A DNA stretch of 64,000 nucleotides from Phoronis australis (Eukaryota; Animalia; Phoronida): the NCBI GenBank assembly GCA_002633005.1, contig NMRA01000141.1, positions 62,001 to 126,000 on the forward strand, given 5' to 3'. The notes under the pieces are model-generated. The model searched no databases. It was given only the letters and a program-made list of their open reading frames with translations, and had not been told where the DNA came from. Positions 63,997-64,000 of the stretch are shown one piece after another (positions within the stretch are counted from its first letter, which is position 1; each line of letters starts with the position of its first letter). The position numbers and the translations under genes are program-made.

Positions 63997-64000
63997 TGCC

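Overview
This is AT-rich, intron-containing animal genomic DNA, probably from a marine invertebrate; the taxon cannot be fixed from sequence alone. It is not prokaryotic, and I found no rRNA, intact tRNA or CRISPR array. Three spliced host genes could be rebuilt by hand with phase-consistent GT-AG junctions. (1) The last two exons of a single-pass membrane protein (+, 710-2262). (2) A secreted, probably beta-propeller-like protein (+, 5215-18593) whose four shared exons can splice in frame to either of two tandem, homologous but diverged terminal exons, giving about 540 or 569 aa. (3) A secreted 497-aa protein with a signal peptide, a long coiled coil and one MAM domain (-, 32304-20581). The rest is mostly decayed transposons: TTAA-flanked Kolobok-type elements (one with convergent THAP and KolX/P2X7-ballast-like genes), Penelope-like retroelement remnants with hammerhead-like motifs, PIF/Harbinger and hAT MITEs, a tRNA-derived SINE head, a LINE RT fragment and a possible decayed multi-Tudor gene at the right end. 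Five single Ns mark scaffold joins. Three are flanked by near-identical duplications that are probably uncollapsed haplotypes, and these expose a MITE presence/absence polymorphism and a 521-bp deletion. All family assignments are motif recognition by eye, not database searches.
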